A DNA stretch of 62,895 nucleotides, the filler included, from Kipferlia bialata (lineage: Eukaryota): assembly GCA_003568945.1 (NCBI GenBank). It is 4 parts of 4 records of this genome, joined end to end, with 100 filler letters (N's around TTAATTAATTAA, not from the genome) between each part and the next. Parts side by side here need not be neighbours in the genome. Positions count along the whole stretch, not along the records: positions 1 to 25,869 come from BDIP01000059.1; 3 more parts are not named here. One strand, given 5' to 3'. Made by a program: the position numbers and the translations under genes. Of the stretch, positions 1 through 13,836 are shown in pieces (the first letter of the stretch is position 1; each line of letters starts with the position of its first letter). Under the pieces are notes generated by a model that had not been told where the DNA came from, did no database searches, and worked only from the letters and a program-made list of their open reading frames with translations.

Positions 1-14
1 TAGAGTAAGTAAGG

Positions 15-55
<41 letters not shown>

Positions 56-94
56 CGACACAGGGCAGACAGGTTGGGGGCATAGGGGCCTAGA

Positions 95-138
<44 letters not shown>

Positions 139-250
139 ATCTACCTGGAAGTGTTGACAGCAGTGCCACTGCGTCTGCGACTCTTCTTTCTATACACCCT
201 TTTCATATAGATATAGTGTATATAACATAATACACACAATATATATGGTA

Positions 251-3096
251 CCTGGTAGTGTCGACAGCAGTGCCACTGCATCAGTCAATGTGAGTCTCCC
301 CTGCACCATGTCGGCATGGGACAGGGTGTGGGAGGCAAGGGAGGAGTCGTAGTACCTGATGCCATGGAGGTAGGCATCACACCTGGATATGAGTGCATGG
401 ATAATGAAAGTATATACGTATATAATAATAGGGTACCTGTGTGCCGGTGACTCCGCTATGCCCTTGGCCAACAGACCCAGGGAGGGGGAGAGAGAGGGAG
501 TGGCCTTGAGGAGAGAGGACAGAGATACAGCGGCAGCATCCCCAAGAGACAGGTCAGTCTCCCTCTCTCTCTCCCCATGTTCCTCCCTCAGTGGGTGCTT
601 GACTGGTGGTACAGCCATACTGCGTCCTAGAGACCCCTTGGCTGCACTGGGCGATGCTGCCTCTCTCCCCTTCCCTATCTGCATGCGTCTCCTGCCCTCC
701 CTAGTCCTCACCCGTCGTGTCACTCCATGGGAGACATGGTCTATGTCATACCCGAAGTCTACCTCTCTCTCTCTCTCTCCCTCTGTCTCTGTCTCTGCCT
801 GTCTATCCCCCGTGGCTGTGTCCAGTAAGGCATGGACCAGTGCACTGCTCTGGCCATCGGACCCAGAGACCTGGGATGAATCATACTCTTTACAATCTAC
901 ACACTGTATATACATGTATACTTGGCCATCGGAGCCTGAGACCTGGGATAAGACATGGTGTACACTACAAATATATATATATGTTAATATATTATATATA
1001 CATACATATATATCTGGCCCTCGGAGCCTGAGACCTGGGGGGCAGAGGTCTCTTACAGGATCTGTCATATATTCAAAGATATACGTTTTACACCATACCT
1101 GTGCCACGTCTGCCACGATTTCACATATACACGATATATATAATACATACAGTATACATATATAGTAACAATTCATGGCATGTACTGTACCTGTGCCACA
1201 TCTGCCACCAGGCTGTCCGCCAGTCCCTCTGCTCAATCATGATTTCATATAAACTATATATACTATATATACTCTACATATAGAGAGACAGTAGATATCT
1301 GATATACCTGTGCCACGTCTGCCACCAGGCTGTCCGCCAGCCCCTCTATCCCTGTTGACACAGAAGGGGGGAGGGACAGGGAGGCAATGGCCCTGGGGTG
1401 AGAGAAAGAGAGTGGCAAGATCAAATAGTAATCTCCTCTTGTATGTATTAGTGCACACCAATACCCTATATATCGTACCTCAGTACCGGTGGCATCTCCT
1501 GCAGTGCCCCCAGTGGGTGTGTGGGTGCTGTCTCCACTGCCTCTGTCTCTACCTCATCTGTCTGACAGGGGGTGGTATCGGTAGGGACCTATAGGGTCAG
1601 TATATACACGTCCAACTGTATATGTACATGAGTGGGTATAAGTATAGACACACACCTTGCTTGTCTGTGTGTGCACTGCTAGTGTGACAGTGGGTGGTAT
1701 CTCACACACACCCTCTGCAGGGGATAGGGAAAGGTCCAACCCACACACCACAGGGTCTGTACCCATACTCCTGTTAGTCTTGGCCACCTGTACCCCTATA
1801 TGCACAACCTCCTCAATGGGCACCTGGGTGCATGCATCCTCTCTCTCCGTCTCCCTCTCCACATGCTGCACTGACCGGTGTACACTAGATAGTAGGTGGG
1901 GGTCACTGCCCTTATGCACGAGAGGGGGTGTTGTGCATATGGCGTCACTGGATGTGTGGGTGGTGGGTACCCTAGCAGAGACACCCACCGAGACTAGAGA
2001 GGGGGGGATGACATCAGCCTCAGGCTCGGTGTTGGTACATGCATCCACACAAACAGTCTCGCTCTTCCCATCCTCCTTGTGTACTACAGGTGCCTCCTCG
2101 GGCACTGCTACTTCCCTGGGAGGTGTAGGTATGGGTATATATACACTCTGGACACCGATGGATGCAGTCTCCACCCTGGGTGCAGGGGTAGGGGGACGGG
2201 GCAGAGGCATCGAGGCCTGAGTGCTACTCTCCACACTGTAGGACTGGTCAGTGAAGGTGCCTGATACATAAGACAAAAATATGGATGTACATATGCATAT
2301 TACTATACTACTACACTATATGTCTTGTCAGTGAAGGTGCCTGGGGTATAAGACATATACATACATGTAACATACATATATACATACTTATACTATATAC
2401 CTGTTGCAGCTGTGCTCAACGGTGTCTTGCTGCTACCTCTGTTTACCATGTGTCTCTTCCTCTCTCTGGAGCACTGAATACCTAGTTTGAGTACATATAC
2501 CGTATATATATACTATACATATATACAATATATACTATACATAGACTCGGACACACGTATATATGTGGCACACTATATTGTTGCATTCAGTAACATTTCT
2601 CCATGTCTTTACCATACACTATACCTGTAGATGCTGTCTCCACTGTAGGCAGGGGTGGGGTAGATACCCTCTCCTCCTCGGGGGTGTCTCTCTTTCCCAC
2701 TGTCTCCAACTCAGCCTCTGCATCAATATTGGTCTGGCATCCTGTGTATCAGTAATAGTATACATATATACCACATGTATATGTACTCAACCAGTGTATC
2801 CATTGCCCCATATCTACTATATACCACCATTTACCTGTATCCACCCCCCTCAGAGATTGCATCCCCCAGGTACTCTCTCTCTCTCCCCCTCTTCCCTTGT
2901 CATCCCCTCGCCGCCAGACACCCGCCTACGATAAGAGAGAGAGAGAGAGAGAGAGAGATAGGAAGATACAAGAAGACAAAGAGGGAGGGAGGAAGCATAC
3001 ACGCCACATACCTTTGGAGACGGTGCGTTGGGAATGGATATCCGGGGGAGGGGCTGAGGTGAGAGGAGAGTGAAAGAGAAACAGAGGGGGGGGGAG

Positions 3097-3139
<43 letters not shown>

Positions 3140-3361
3140 GTACCGGCAGGATGGCTGGGGGGGACGGGAGGGTCAGGTTGGGACACTCGCTGGGAATTAG
3201 AGGAAGACGGGATAGGAGAGAGGGATGCTAGGACTTAGGCAACACGAACACAATAGAGAGAGAGCGAGAGCGAGAGAGACGGCGAGGCCTCACCTGTCAC
3301 TCAGTTGCACCATCTCATCTTCGCCCCTGTCATCGATCAGGGAGCTGGGGGGTGAGACAGC

Positions 3362-3401
<40 letters not shown>

Positions 3402-3644
3402 CATCAGGGAGACCAGAGTATCAATACCTCATAGGCACTATGTCGCTATGCCTCTCCCCCCGGCGCCTCTGCACATACCGATATGCCTGGAAGTCAGTAG
3501 CGAGCGTAGTGGCCCAGGCAGAGAGAGAGTCACACCGGCCCAAGAGGTAGTATAATACTATTACATGCACTATACCTGGTAGGCATGGCTGGCAGCAGAT
3601 GCAGTGAGCAGGGAGACCAGCACCCACACAGCTGTGGCCACCAT
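251..3644 (-). CDS. Multi-exon hypothetical protein, low-complexity/disordered; 3' end probably runs off the window, start uncertain
   Basis: GC-rich coding-like blocks (e.g. ~435-870, ~1657-2260) separated by AT-rich introns with minus-strand GT donors and ccccag acceptors. Candidate ATG at 3644 (MVATAVWVLVSLLTASAASHAYQ). No recognisable domain. Confidence 0.5.
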
Positions 3645-3983
3645 GGCTGCAGGGCCTCTCTATGCACAGTACTAGCAGGTACTGGGTCTTATATATACAC
3701 AGAGGTCGCCTCAAAAGACACATCGGTTGGAACTGACATAAGGGTGTAGCGTTCGTTTTTGTTTAGTTCTGACTATCGTCAATTGACTGCCTTTCAATCA
3801 GTCCCTGTATACGAGTGAGAGTATAGGGTGACTTGAGGTCGTAGGCCCTTCTGTGAGTCTTGGAGGGGAGACAGAGAGGGAGAGGGAGTGCCAGAGTGGC
3901 TCCCAGACTGCCCCCTGTGTTACTAGTGTAAGGAAGAGAGACAGAGACAGAGAGAGAGAAAGAGAGAGAGAGAGGTCTCGGCC

Positions 3984-5544
3984 ATGCCCCGGCTGATAGA
4001 GCAGCTGGAGGCGCATCTGACATGCATAGCGAGACTGACCAAGAGGGAGAAGAGGGTCAGGCCCATGATGGATAGGTATGTACTCTACCTAGTTCATTCA
4101 TGTATATATACATACATGTATATATATGTGGCATCCTACAACATGTGAGTGAGTATAGATGTATCAGAGAGAGAAGGGGGTCAGGCCAATGATGGACGGG
4201 AGAATATACTCTACTATATACGTATGATTGTGCCTACATGTATATATATATAAACACATATCAAGATCAGGTCCCTGGAGGGATAAGTATAATGCTATGT
4301 ACGTGCGTATACATTGACTATGTGACTATATCATACATGTGTTTCAAGATGCCTCCCATCATGGATAGGGGCACATTCTCCCAACCCTTTGACTACCCCT
4401 CCCCCCACTGCCCTTCACTCCTTCTGCCTCTTGTGGTACTCTCTCTCTGTCTTTGTTTGTACCATGTATTTATTGCTCTGTATCAGTACTCTCTAACAAT
4501 ACCTTTCACTGCTCTCTATCACTGGGCTCCGTCACCACTCTCTATCACTACTATCCATCTCTATGTTTAACTGTCAGTGCCCAGGAGGTGGGCTTATGTA
4601 CTGTGAGACTGAATGTATACTTTGAGTATATACATATAGCTTATTCCTTAACTGTCAGGGCCCAGGAGATGTGCGAGAGACTGAGTGTATATGTATATGT
4701 ATTGCATATATATATGTGTGTGTGTAGTATATATGTATCGCAGGTGTATCCCCTCTCCTTACCCCCAGGGCCCAGGAGATGTGTGATAGACTAGGGGGCA
4801 GTGTGTCACCGACAAGTGGGGGTGATGCAGGAAGAGAGAGCACTGATTCCCTGGATACAGTGCAGAGGGCAGGGCTGAGGGATAACTCTGAAGTGCTGAC
4901 AGGTATACATGTGTATATATCTATATGTATATATATACATATATATACAGAGAGAGAGGGCACAGACACCCTGGACACAGTACATATTGCAGGGCTGGGA
5001 GACAACTCTGAAGTGCTGACAGGTATGGATACATGCATGTATACATTGTGTTATGAGAAAAGGAGGGAGAGAGACATTTCAGAAGAAGTGCTTGCATGTG
5101 TACGTACTCTGAGAGAGCAAAGAGAGGGTGTGTATATAGACTAGTGCAGATATTCTCCTGCTCAGTATGTGTGTATTTATGCCCCCTCACCCCCAGGCCT
5201 GTGTGTCCGGTGTCTGGAGGCCAAGCAGCCCAAGGTGGTGTCGGCAGGTACTGATACTGTGTATATACTATATATATAGGTGTGTGTGTGTATATTCGTT
5301 TAATACATATGTCCAAGGTGTTGTCGGCAGGTAGGGTACCGCATAAATATGGGTGTTTCCTGCGTACTACTCTATTGTGCGCTCAATCACACTCCTGTAT
5401 TCTGTATCAGACACATCCATCTCTCGGTAGTGTGGAAATGCTGATATGTGTCTTCAACCCTCACTCTACCCTCTATATATATATGTCTATATGCGTGTAT
5501 AGCCCCTGGCTTTGACCTTCTGATGATGGTGCTCAACAGCAATG

Positions 5545-5584
<40 letters not shown>

Positions 5585-8500
5585 TATCTACATATATATA
5601 TATATATATATACCTCACTCCAGGCGTTGACCTTCTGATGTGGGTCCTCAACACCAATGTACTCAGCTACCACCCAGAGGTATGTCATAATATTTAGTAT
5701 ATGTACTGTGAGTTATATATGTGTAGATATGCTCAGCTACCATACTGTCATTGTATACATGATGCATGATATATGTGTGTGTCAACTGGCTATGGTTCGG
5801 GTTTCTATCTTAGTTAGTTAGCCATTCTAATATCAGACACACGGCTCCACCCCCTCTGGCGATGCCCTGTCCCATGCATCCAACCTGGTGCTGCACTCCA
5901 CACTCAACCAGGTACGGGTATTTATATATGTATACAATGCAGTAAAGCACAATTGTATGCTCATATGCGGATACCCTGTCCAACCTGGTGCTGCACTCCA
6001 CACTCAAGCAGGTTCTTTGTATGAGTAGAACATACCTTCCCTTCTATACATTTATAGTGTACGCATACGATGTATACTCATCCCTCTAGATCCTGGATGC
6101 CCTTCAGACTGGGGTGTCCAAGAAGCTAGGCCTCAGTGGACACACAGCGGCACTCCAGGTATGCAGCGATATTAATATATGTGAGTATTCATAAGTATAC
6201 TACTCTCTCCCTCCCCTGGCCGCCCTCCAGCTGATCCCCCTGTCCCTCAACATATCTAATACAGTGGCAGTGCTACTCTATTCATATCTGTATATCTTCT
6301 ATATAATAGTATATATATTTATATATATTTATGTGTGTGTGTGTGTGTGGATTCCCCCCAGGCCGCCCTCCAGCTGATCCCCCTGTCCCTCAACCTGGCC
6401 CCACCCATAGCCCAAGGCAGGGAGAGAGGGGGGGAGAGAGACGATCTCTCGGTGCTGAAGGTGTGTCAAGATAGTGGTCTATAATTGCTCCACTATTAGT
6501 TGCTCTCACTGGATACACCCTCCTGATCACCCAGGCCGTGCGTGTTGTGGCTGGGCAGTGTATGCTTCTTCCAAATCTATCCATTCATATCAGTATTGTA
6601 GTGTATACTATTTCCAATTCTATCCGTTCTTATCAGAATTGTAGACTATCTCATATATATATGTATATATATGTATTCCTTACTGACCCCTCAGGCTGTG
6701 CGTGTTGTGGCTGCGGGTCTTGACCCCTCCAAGCCTAGTGGGCTGTCAGAAGTGTCGGTGTCGCTGCTGGGGCAGGTATGTAGTGGTATCTATTGTATAT
6801 ACTATTACTATTTATACTCTATGGTCTTAAGTGGCATGTACATGGATATATACATATATATTCCAAGTGGGCTGTCAGAGGTGTCGGTGTCGCTGCTGGG
6901 ACAGGTGCGTATAAGTCTATAATATGTGTGCTCAATGATAGCATAGTCCCTGATATATACTATAGTGTATCCCATGTCAATATATACCGGTTGTCCCTTT
7001 TATGATCAATGATCTCTCCCCTGACCCCCAGGCCGTGTCCCTGATAGTGGGCATGGCACACTCATACCACCAGGTACAGATGGTACTATATACATTACAT
7101 ACATATACATATGTATGCATATGTATACATATATATATATGTGTGTGTGTGTGGTCTATAATGATTGGGTTTCTGTTTGACATGGCACACTCATACCACC
7201 AGGTACAGTGGACATGTATGTGCAGTGTGTCTAGTTTTGTATAGTAGTATGGCAGTATGACACTCTACATTGTAAACTCTAATAGCTTCTCTAATCTTAG
7301 GTCTCCCCCGTCATGGCCAGCATAGCAGCAGCAGCTGTGTCCCTGCCCATGTCACAGCAGGAGACAGGTGGGGGTATACATTTGTATTAGTATAGATAGT
7401 TATACATCATTATATTATGGATAACAACTGTATATACTTAGTAGTATCAGTTGTGTCCCTGCCCATGTCACAGCAGGAGACAGGTACTGTATCCGTTATT
7501 TGGTAATATATAATATACATTTACACTGTCTCTCACCCCCCAAGAGGCCCCCTCCAAGGCCTCTCCCTCCACCCCCCTGCCCCTACCACACCTGGTGCCC
7601 AGTATAGCACTGGACCTGCTGTATGACTCACTCACTTGTCACAGGTAACATACTGTATATATAATTATTCATATATGTATAGATAGATAAATATAGATAT
7701 TGATTAATATACACCTGGTGCCCAGTATAGCACTGGACCTGTTGTATGACTCACTCACTTGTCACAGGTAGAGAGTGTACTATACTGTGTATAGTATTAT
7801 GTTTCTACAGTTCCATCAGTGTTGTACCCTGACTCCAGCCATCGGTTTGGCGACTCCCTCCGCCCTGTCCTGGGTGTGATAGCAGCACCCCTCCTGACGC
7901 ACATTCCAAGGTGCATATGTATATATATATACATGTGTGTATTTCTATATTCACCTACATTTGTATATATCTGTGAGATAGCAACACCCCTCCTGACGCA
8001 CATTCCAAGGTGCATATGTAGTATATATGTGTGTATTTCTATATTCACCTACATTTGTATATATCTGTGAGATAGCTGCACCCCTGCTCACACACATACC
8101 AAGGTACAGATGTATATATATACGTGTATATATATATATATATATATACTTGTATAATTCATGTTGACACACATGAGGTAATAATACCAGATTAGTGATT
8201 ATGTATTTACCACTCTTTTCATTGTATGTACTCACACCCAGTGTCTTTCACCGGCTGAGGCAGGGGCTGACAGTCAAGGGCGGCACAGTAGGTATCGTCT
8301 CTGGTCGTATATCTACATTATTACACCAGTGTGTATAGGTGTATATTGATGTATATATACACCCTCACCCCCAGGCATGGGCACCAGTTCCCTCCTCACC
8401 CACTACATCAGATGCATGCGTGTTCTGTTGGAACTGCCCCTATCATACAGGCACTCCTGCCCTAGGGAGATAGCAGTGGTGCTCACACACTTGAGGTGTG

Positions 8501-11500
8501 TTAGTTAAGTGCAGTACTCTTGTTTACTTGCGCTCTCTGTATGTATGTATATATATGCGTTTGTTGTAGCAGTGGTGCTCACACACCTGAGGTGGGGAGG
8601 GATGTGCTATATATATGCATCCATTCGTTCATATATGCCGCTGTATATTCATCTCTATTTCCATCAACCGTACTCATGTACCAGGTCTGTGCTCTCCTGC
8701 CCTGTGCCCACCCTACAGCTGGTGGCAGCACTCTGCATCAGATGCATATTCAGGTGGGGAGAGTACATATATATACATGGGTGGATTGGTATCATACCAT
8801 ATGTGTACTTCTCAAGTGTTGTTCAACACACATGTACTAACACCCCCCAGGGGCGAGGGTGTTTCAATAGTTTTGTACGTATTATTTGTAATATAGATAT
8901 TGGAGTGTTCATATATAGTAGATTATATATTACATCATTACCTCTAACCCCCCAGGGGCCAGGGCACTCTGAGTGACCTTGTCTCTCTGTTCGATGCCCA
9001 CTTCCTCAGTCTGGTGCCACCCACATCACCAGGTATATGCAGTATATGTATGTGCACTATATATACACATCCCCAGTTAGTAAGTATATACACGTACCTC
9101 TTACCCCCAGGCGATGCCACCTGCGGCCCCCTCATTAGGGTAGCATTTGTTTCTATAGAATGTTTCTTCTTTCATCTATATAATTGTGAGTATCTCTTAC
9201 CATCAGGCGATGCCTCCTCCGGCCCCCTGATCAGGGCACTGACCAAGGAGACAGCCATACTCATGGTGTCACTGCTGGATGAGCTAGGTATACATGTATA
9301 TACATATATATGGTATATGTAACATACATGCAACGTATATATTTTATATGTATATCTATATACAGTGGAACTACCCCCAGGCACCCCCTCCCCCTCTGAC
9401 CCTGATGTGTATATTCGATAATATTTATAATAGTATTAGTATATGTATAATAATAATAATAATATATATATATGTATAGCAGTATTCACGTCAATACAGT
9501 AGAACTACCCCCAGGCACCCCCTCACCCTCTGACCCCGATGTGTACGATGGACAGACAGAGGCATCGGAGGCAGACCTGAGGTGAGTATACATATATATA
9601 TAGAGAGAGAGAGAGAGAGCGTGTGTGTGTGTGATAGAGAGAGAGAATACTGTTTACCCTTACTCTACTCACCCCCAGGGAGCGCATTGAGACTGCTGTG
9701 TCTGTGGCCGGGAGCCTCAGTCTGGCACAGACACCACCAGGTATATATACTAGGGAGGTATATATATAGGGAAGTGTATGGGTAAATCTGGATATTATGT
9801 ATGGGATGGGAGTTTCTTTCTCAGCCTGGCACAGACACCACCAGGTATGAAATTTGTATAGTTAATTATAGGTATCGTCGTTCTCACCCCCCAGGCTCCC
9901 TTGTGACTTAGCGGGGTCTGGGAAATCTTAGAGATAGTCATTATGTATCAACAGTGTATATGTAACATTTTGTACCCCTCACCCCCCAGGCGCCCTTGTG
10001 ACTGAGCGGGGTCTGGGTAGGGATGCTGGTCCCCTGATGGTGTGTCAGATACCGGCATATCTACAGGGGGTGGAGAGGTATGTATCACGTATGTATATAT
10101 ATATATATATTTACATTGTAGAGAGTATGTGTATATATACTACATGGATGTGTGGTGTGACAGATACCGGCATACCTACAGGGGGTGGAGAGGTGAGTGT
10201 GCATGATTACATTCACAGTGACATACATGCCTACATACACTAATAGTGAGTATGTGTACTTGTACCTGAAGTACTATTTATTCAGGGAATTATCTATATA
10301 TATTGTGTATCTGACCCCCAGTGACGAATCCTCCTCGTCTGAAGAGAGCGAGGAGGGGGAGAGAGAGACCGAGACAGGGTTTGGGTCAGAGGTCCTGAGG
10401 GAGAGAGAGAGAGTGGAGACACAGAGGGTGACACACACGACAGAGAGGGAGAGAGAGAGGGCACTTAAGGAGGACACCCCGACTACTGAGTCACAGGACA
10501 TGGACGCGGTGTTCCAACAGGGTGAGTATACTCATTGAGGACATATATATACATACTATCTATCTATATATATATATATATATACATGGAGTCACAGGAC
10601 ATGGATGCAGTGTTCCAGCAGGGTATGGTTATGGTGGTATATATACATTTATATATATACATACTATATATCTATGTATATATATATATATCTATGAAGT
10701 CACAGGACATGGACGCGGTGTTCCAGCAGGGTATGGTTACAGTGGTATATATACATTAATATATATATATATATGTATCGCTGTATATATATATATGTAT
10801 ATATTAATTGATTCATTAATACATTGATATATATCGTGAGTCACAGGACATGGATGCGGTGATCCAACAGGGTGAGTGTACTCATTGAATACATGTTTAT
10901 AGGATGTACTCATATATACATATACATATGTATATATGCTCACCCCCCAGGCATGGCCCGTCTGACCCAGTAGTATATCACCTATACATATATGTATGTT
11001 GTCTTGTATATATATATATATACTTATATATCCGTTATACCCCTCTCACCCACCAGGCATGGCCAGGCTGACCCAGGTGGCCAGACACCCCTTCCCATCC
11101 ATGGACATGGGCAGGTATGGCATGATGTATAGTATGGATAGTAAGAGTATACAGTCAGTATCTTTGTGTATATGTTTGTATCCCCATACCATACCACCCT
11201 CTCCCCTCCTGTCTCTCACCCCAGAGAGGGTGTGTGGACAGAGAAGGACGTCCCATTCAGCAGGTATGGTATATGTGTATATATATGACTCTGCAATGTA
11301 TATAGTCTTTAAGGCAGTGTACTAGTGTATATACACAGTAATAGTCATTGGGATGGTCTTCGTGTGCATTTACACACTATCATTTTTACACATGCGCAAC
11401 GCCATAGGAAATGATGATGTCAAAACTGCCTTTCGTATAATTGTGTACATCCCTATACTTAGTGTGACCTCCCAGGTTCTGTCTGATTGAGACAGCGGGT

Positions 11501-13681
11501 GAGGGGGAGAGAGAGAGAGATGGGGACAGGGGTACTGACCAGTGCAGTCCCTCCAACATATGCGATGGACTGGTGAGATGTGTTTCCAGCCTCATAGCAC
11601 TGTCAGACACTGCGGCTCAGGTACATCTGATTCATATATATGCCTAATGTGTAGTATATAGATATGTACATAGATACATGGTCACATGTGTGTCCAGCCT
11701 GATAGCACTGTCAGACACTGCCGCACAGGTACGTATATATAGTAATATGTATATATCTATGTATGTTCATATGTATATATATATATGTATAGAAAGAGAG
11801 ATAGAGTTCGTGTTTCCAGCCTCATAGTACTATCTGACACTGTGGCTCAGGTATGTATGTGCATATTCATACACATACGCCTATCTAATATCATTGAATA
11901 TGTGTGGTATAGTGATAGTATTTCTTTGCCAACCCCCAGGATACCGTGCAGCACCTGACCCTACTGTGTATAGATATAGTATTATATGTGAACTGTTGAT
12001 TATGATAACTTACACTAGGAGACCGTGCAGCACCTGACCCTGCTTGTCCTGCTAGACACCCTCGTCAGAGTGAGTGAGAGTGTCAAGGGTATGGCAGAGG
12101 ACATGGGCAGGGAGAGAGAGGGAGAGGGAGAGACAGAGGGAGGGGGAGAGAGAGAGGCAGAGGGAGAGAGAGAGGGAGAGAGTGATGGGTCACCCACCCT
12201 GTCCACCTTCACCTCTGTATGTCTGTCCCTGAGTGATGTACTGCTCAGTGCCAGTAACGGACTCCTGGCTGCGTGTAGGTAGGGGTTATCCGCATATGTA
12301 TACACTATATATGGCCTTAATATATACTCCTGGCTGCATGTAGGTAGGGGCAGATGTGCACTTGTAGTTACATATATATAGGAACCCCAGCATGTAAGTA
12401 GGGTAGCAGAATGAATACAATACATTTAGATACATTACGTTTGCTTTAGTATATGTATGTCACCCCCCCCCCCCTCCTCACCCCCAGGGATGGCAGGGTG
12501 GCCCTGTACCCACTGTACATAGCACACAACACAGGTGGGGTTATCAGTTGTACTATATGCTATGTGATATCATTCGCCAAGTCTTCGTCATACACATGTC
12601 TGGTCGCCGTGTATATATGATTGGTATTGTATTGTGTATTTACGCTCAGAGAGTTATAACATATATATATAGCACACAACACAGGTGTGGATGGTACATT
12701 TGGTAACGCCAACAATCTATATTCCCCCTTTGAGTAACTGTCTCATGTGCTCTCTCTCCCTCCCTATCCCTCCTGCCCCAGCTTCCACCATTATGTCCTG
12801 TCTGTCTCTATATTTGTTGTATATATTGCAATATAGTATACTCTCACACTAGCTTCTGCCGTTCTATCCTGTCTGTCCCTCCCTCTCTCTCAATAATATT
12901 ATATTACATCCTCACTCCAGCTTCTGCCGTGTTATCCTGTCTGTCCCTGCCTGCCTCTGTACACTCCGATGCCTTAGGGGATATAGCAGTCAGTGCAGTC
13001 CAGAGGATGGCAGGTATAGGGCAATATAGATAGAGGATATACTATACTATACTGTACTATACTATACTAGGTATATATATGTATAGGTATATGCCCTGGG
13101 GGATATAGCAGTCAGTGCAGTCCAGAGAATGGCAGGTATAGGGTATATGTTCATATTTATTAGATATATGGATATAGAGAGAGAGAGAGATAGAGCGTGA
13201 AAGAGATGGCAGTCAGTGCAGTCCAGAGGATGGCAGGTTGAGATATGGAGTGTAGTATGTGTATAGTATACTTAGCATTTACATACCCATCCCTGACCCC
13301 AGGTCTTGTCTATGTCACCACCTGTAGACCCAGGCTGTCACCCAGCATGTGCCTCAAGAGCCTCAGGTTCTTGATATATACCTGTAATTGTTATATATAG
13401 AGAGAGATCCATAAGTATGTGTATATATCTGGCATATTACCCAGCATGTGCCTCAAGAGCCTCAGGTACCTGTAACATGCATGTTATTGTTCTATATATA
13501 GAGAGATCTGTAAGTATATGATCTTCTGGTATATCCCGCAGGATGTGCCTCAAGGGCCTCAGGTGGGTGTTCTTTCTATATATATTCATGTTTCCTCTCT
13601 CTCTCTGTATGTATACATCTTCTAACCTCAGAGCATCTGGTGCCCTAGCCCCCTCCTCCTCCTCCCTCGATGCAGATGCTG

Positions 13682-13727
<46 letters not shown>

Positions 13728-13796
13728 TATACATATATATCTTACACCAGAGCTTCTGGCGCCCTAGCCCCCTCCTCCTCCTCCCTCGATGCAGAT

Positions 13797-13836
<40 letters not shown>

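Noticed and set aside
10488..10877. Four ~36-bp repeats with unique spacers, superficially CRISPR-like
   Set aside because: The repeats are copies of a coding exon end with a GT donor, the spacers are irregular (TA)n sequence, the context is eukaryotic and no cas genes are present.
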